Source: a virus
DNA length: 38,300 nt
Direction: 5' to 3' (one strand)
Virus genome (UHGV): UHGV-0186551
The position numbers and the translations under genes are program-made. Positions 37,267 through 38,300 of this stretch are shown in pieces. The notes beneath the pieces were generated by a model. It was not told the origin of the DNA. It worked only from the letters and a program-made list of their open reading frames with translations, and did not search any database. Position 1 is the stretch's first letter. Each line of letters starts with the position of its first letter.

Positions 37267-38300
37267 GTGAACACATTTTCAGTTTCCCGTCTGGCGCTGG
37301 CATTGGCTTTTGGCGTGACGCTGACCGCCTGTAGCTCAACACCGCCCGATCAACGTCCTTCTGATCAAACCGCGCCTGGTACCTCTTCTCGCCCGATTCT
37401 GTCGGCAAAAGAAGCGCAGAATTTCGATGCTCAACACTATTTTGCATCCCTGACACCAGGTGCTGCAGCGTGGAATCCTTCCCCGATTACCCTGCCTGCA
37501 CAACCTGACTTTGTTGTCGGCCCGGCGGGTACTCAAGGTGTAACGCATACCACGATTCAGGCGGCGGTAGATGCGGCAATTATCAAGCGTACCAACAAGC
37601 GCCAGTATATTGCCGTGATGCCTGGTGAGTATCAGGGAACGGTGTATGTCCCTGCCGCTCCGGGTGGAATTACTCTGTACGGTACAGGTGAAAAACCGAT
37701 TGATGTGAAAATTGGGCTTTCCCTTGATGGGGGCATGAGCCCAGCCGACTGGCGTCACGACGTCAACCCACGCGGCAAATATATGCCGGGTAAACCAGCG
37801 TGGTATATGTACGATAGCTGCCAGAGCAAACGCAGCGACAGCATTGGCGTGCTCTGTTCTGCGGTCTTCTGGTCACAAAACAATGGCCTGCAACTGCAAA
37901 ACCTGACCATCGAAAACACACTGGGCGATAGCGTAGATGCGGGTAACCATCCGGCGGTGGCACTGCGTACTGATGGCGACAAAGTGCAGATCAATAACGT
38001 CAATATTCTCGGTCGCCAGAATACCTTCTTTGTCACCAACAGCGGTGTGCAAAACCGTCTGGAAAGCAACCGTCAGCCGCGTACCCTGGTGACTAACAGC
38101 TACATTGAAGGGGATGTGGATATCGTTTCTGGTCGCGGCGCAGTGGTGTTCGATAACACCGAATTCCGCGTGGTGAACTCCCGTACCCAGCAAGAAGCGT
38201 ATGTGTTTGCACCGGCTACGCTGTCCAACATTTACTACGGTTTCCTCGCCGTAAACAGCCGTTTCAATGCTTCCGGGGATGGCGTGGCGCAACTGGGCCG
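37267..38300 (+). CDS. ybhC: Host gene ybhC (putative pectinesterase-family outer-membrane lipoprotein), 3'-truncated by window end
   Basis: GTG start with GGAG ribosome-binding site; lipoprotein signal ...LTACSS; open frame to window end; not in ORF track because it lacks a stop. Confidence 0.8.
   Translation, partial: MNTFSVSRLALALAFGVTLTACSSTPPDQRPSDQTAPGTSSRPILSAKEAQNFDAQHYFASLTPGAAAWNPSPITLPAQPDFVVGPAGTQGVTHTTIQAAVDAAIIKRTNKRQYIAVMPGEYQGTVYVPAAPGGITLYGTGEKPIDVKIGLSLDGGMSPADWRHDVNPRGKYMPGKPAWYMYDSCQSKRSDSIGVLCSAVFWSQNNGLQLQNLTIENTLGDSVDAGNHPAVALRTDGDKVQINNVNILGRQNTFFVTNSGVQNRLESNRQPRTLVTNSYIEGDVDIVSGRGAVVFDNTEFRVVNSRTQQEAYVFAPATLSNIYYGFLAVNSRFNASGDGVAQLG

Noticed and set aside
37235-38292. 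Several - strand ORFs (73 to 140 aa)
   Set aside because: Overlap host ybhC, whose + strand frame matches the known lipoprotein N-terminus and stays open to the window end
1-38300. CRISPR arrays, tRNA or rRNA genes
   Set aside because: No regularly spaced direct repeats and no tRNA-like sequence noticed; the lambda attachment site is not within a tRNA gene

Overview
The window is essentially one complete, mosaic lambdoid prophage (about 37.2 kb) sitting at the lambda attachment site next to host ybhC. It is bounded by a 14-bp direct repeat of the att core (1..14 and 37207..37220); host DNA left of position 1 is not in the window. The + strand runs opposite to the conventional lambda map. Right arm (+): cI, a co-transcribed membrane protein, oL/pL, nutL, N, accessory genes, cIII-like and kil-like genes, RecT plus a Gp157-like partner, DUF551 protein, orf55, xis, int, attL. 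Left arm (-): cro, cII, O with internal iteron origin, DnaB-type helicase, nin region (ninB, N6-adenine methyltransferase, ninE, ninF, ybcO-like, rusA, ninH), Q, pR', tR', S-R-Rz/Rz1, a KilA-N two-gene moron, then a P22-like headful morphogenesis cassette (TerS, TerL, portal, scaffold, coat, gp4, gp10, gp26 needle, gp14, gp7, gp20, gp16, tailspike). At the far left, between tailspike and attR, is an AT-rich divergent gene pair (SGNH/GDSL hydrolase plus an unknown protein). No CRISPR array, rRNA or tRNA was seen. All homology calls are from reading the translations and from memory of lambda/P22 proteins; no database search or alignment was run. The most promising candidates for an undescribed system are the AT-rich pair at the left end, the membrane protein co-transcribed with cI, the accessory genes between N and cIII, and the terminator-insulated KilA-N pair; none can be resolved from sequence alone.
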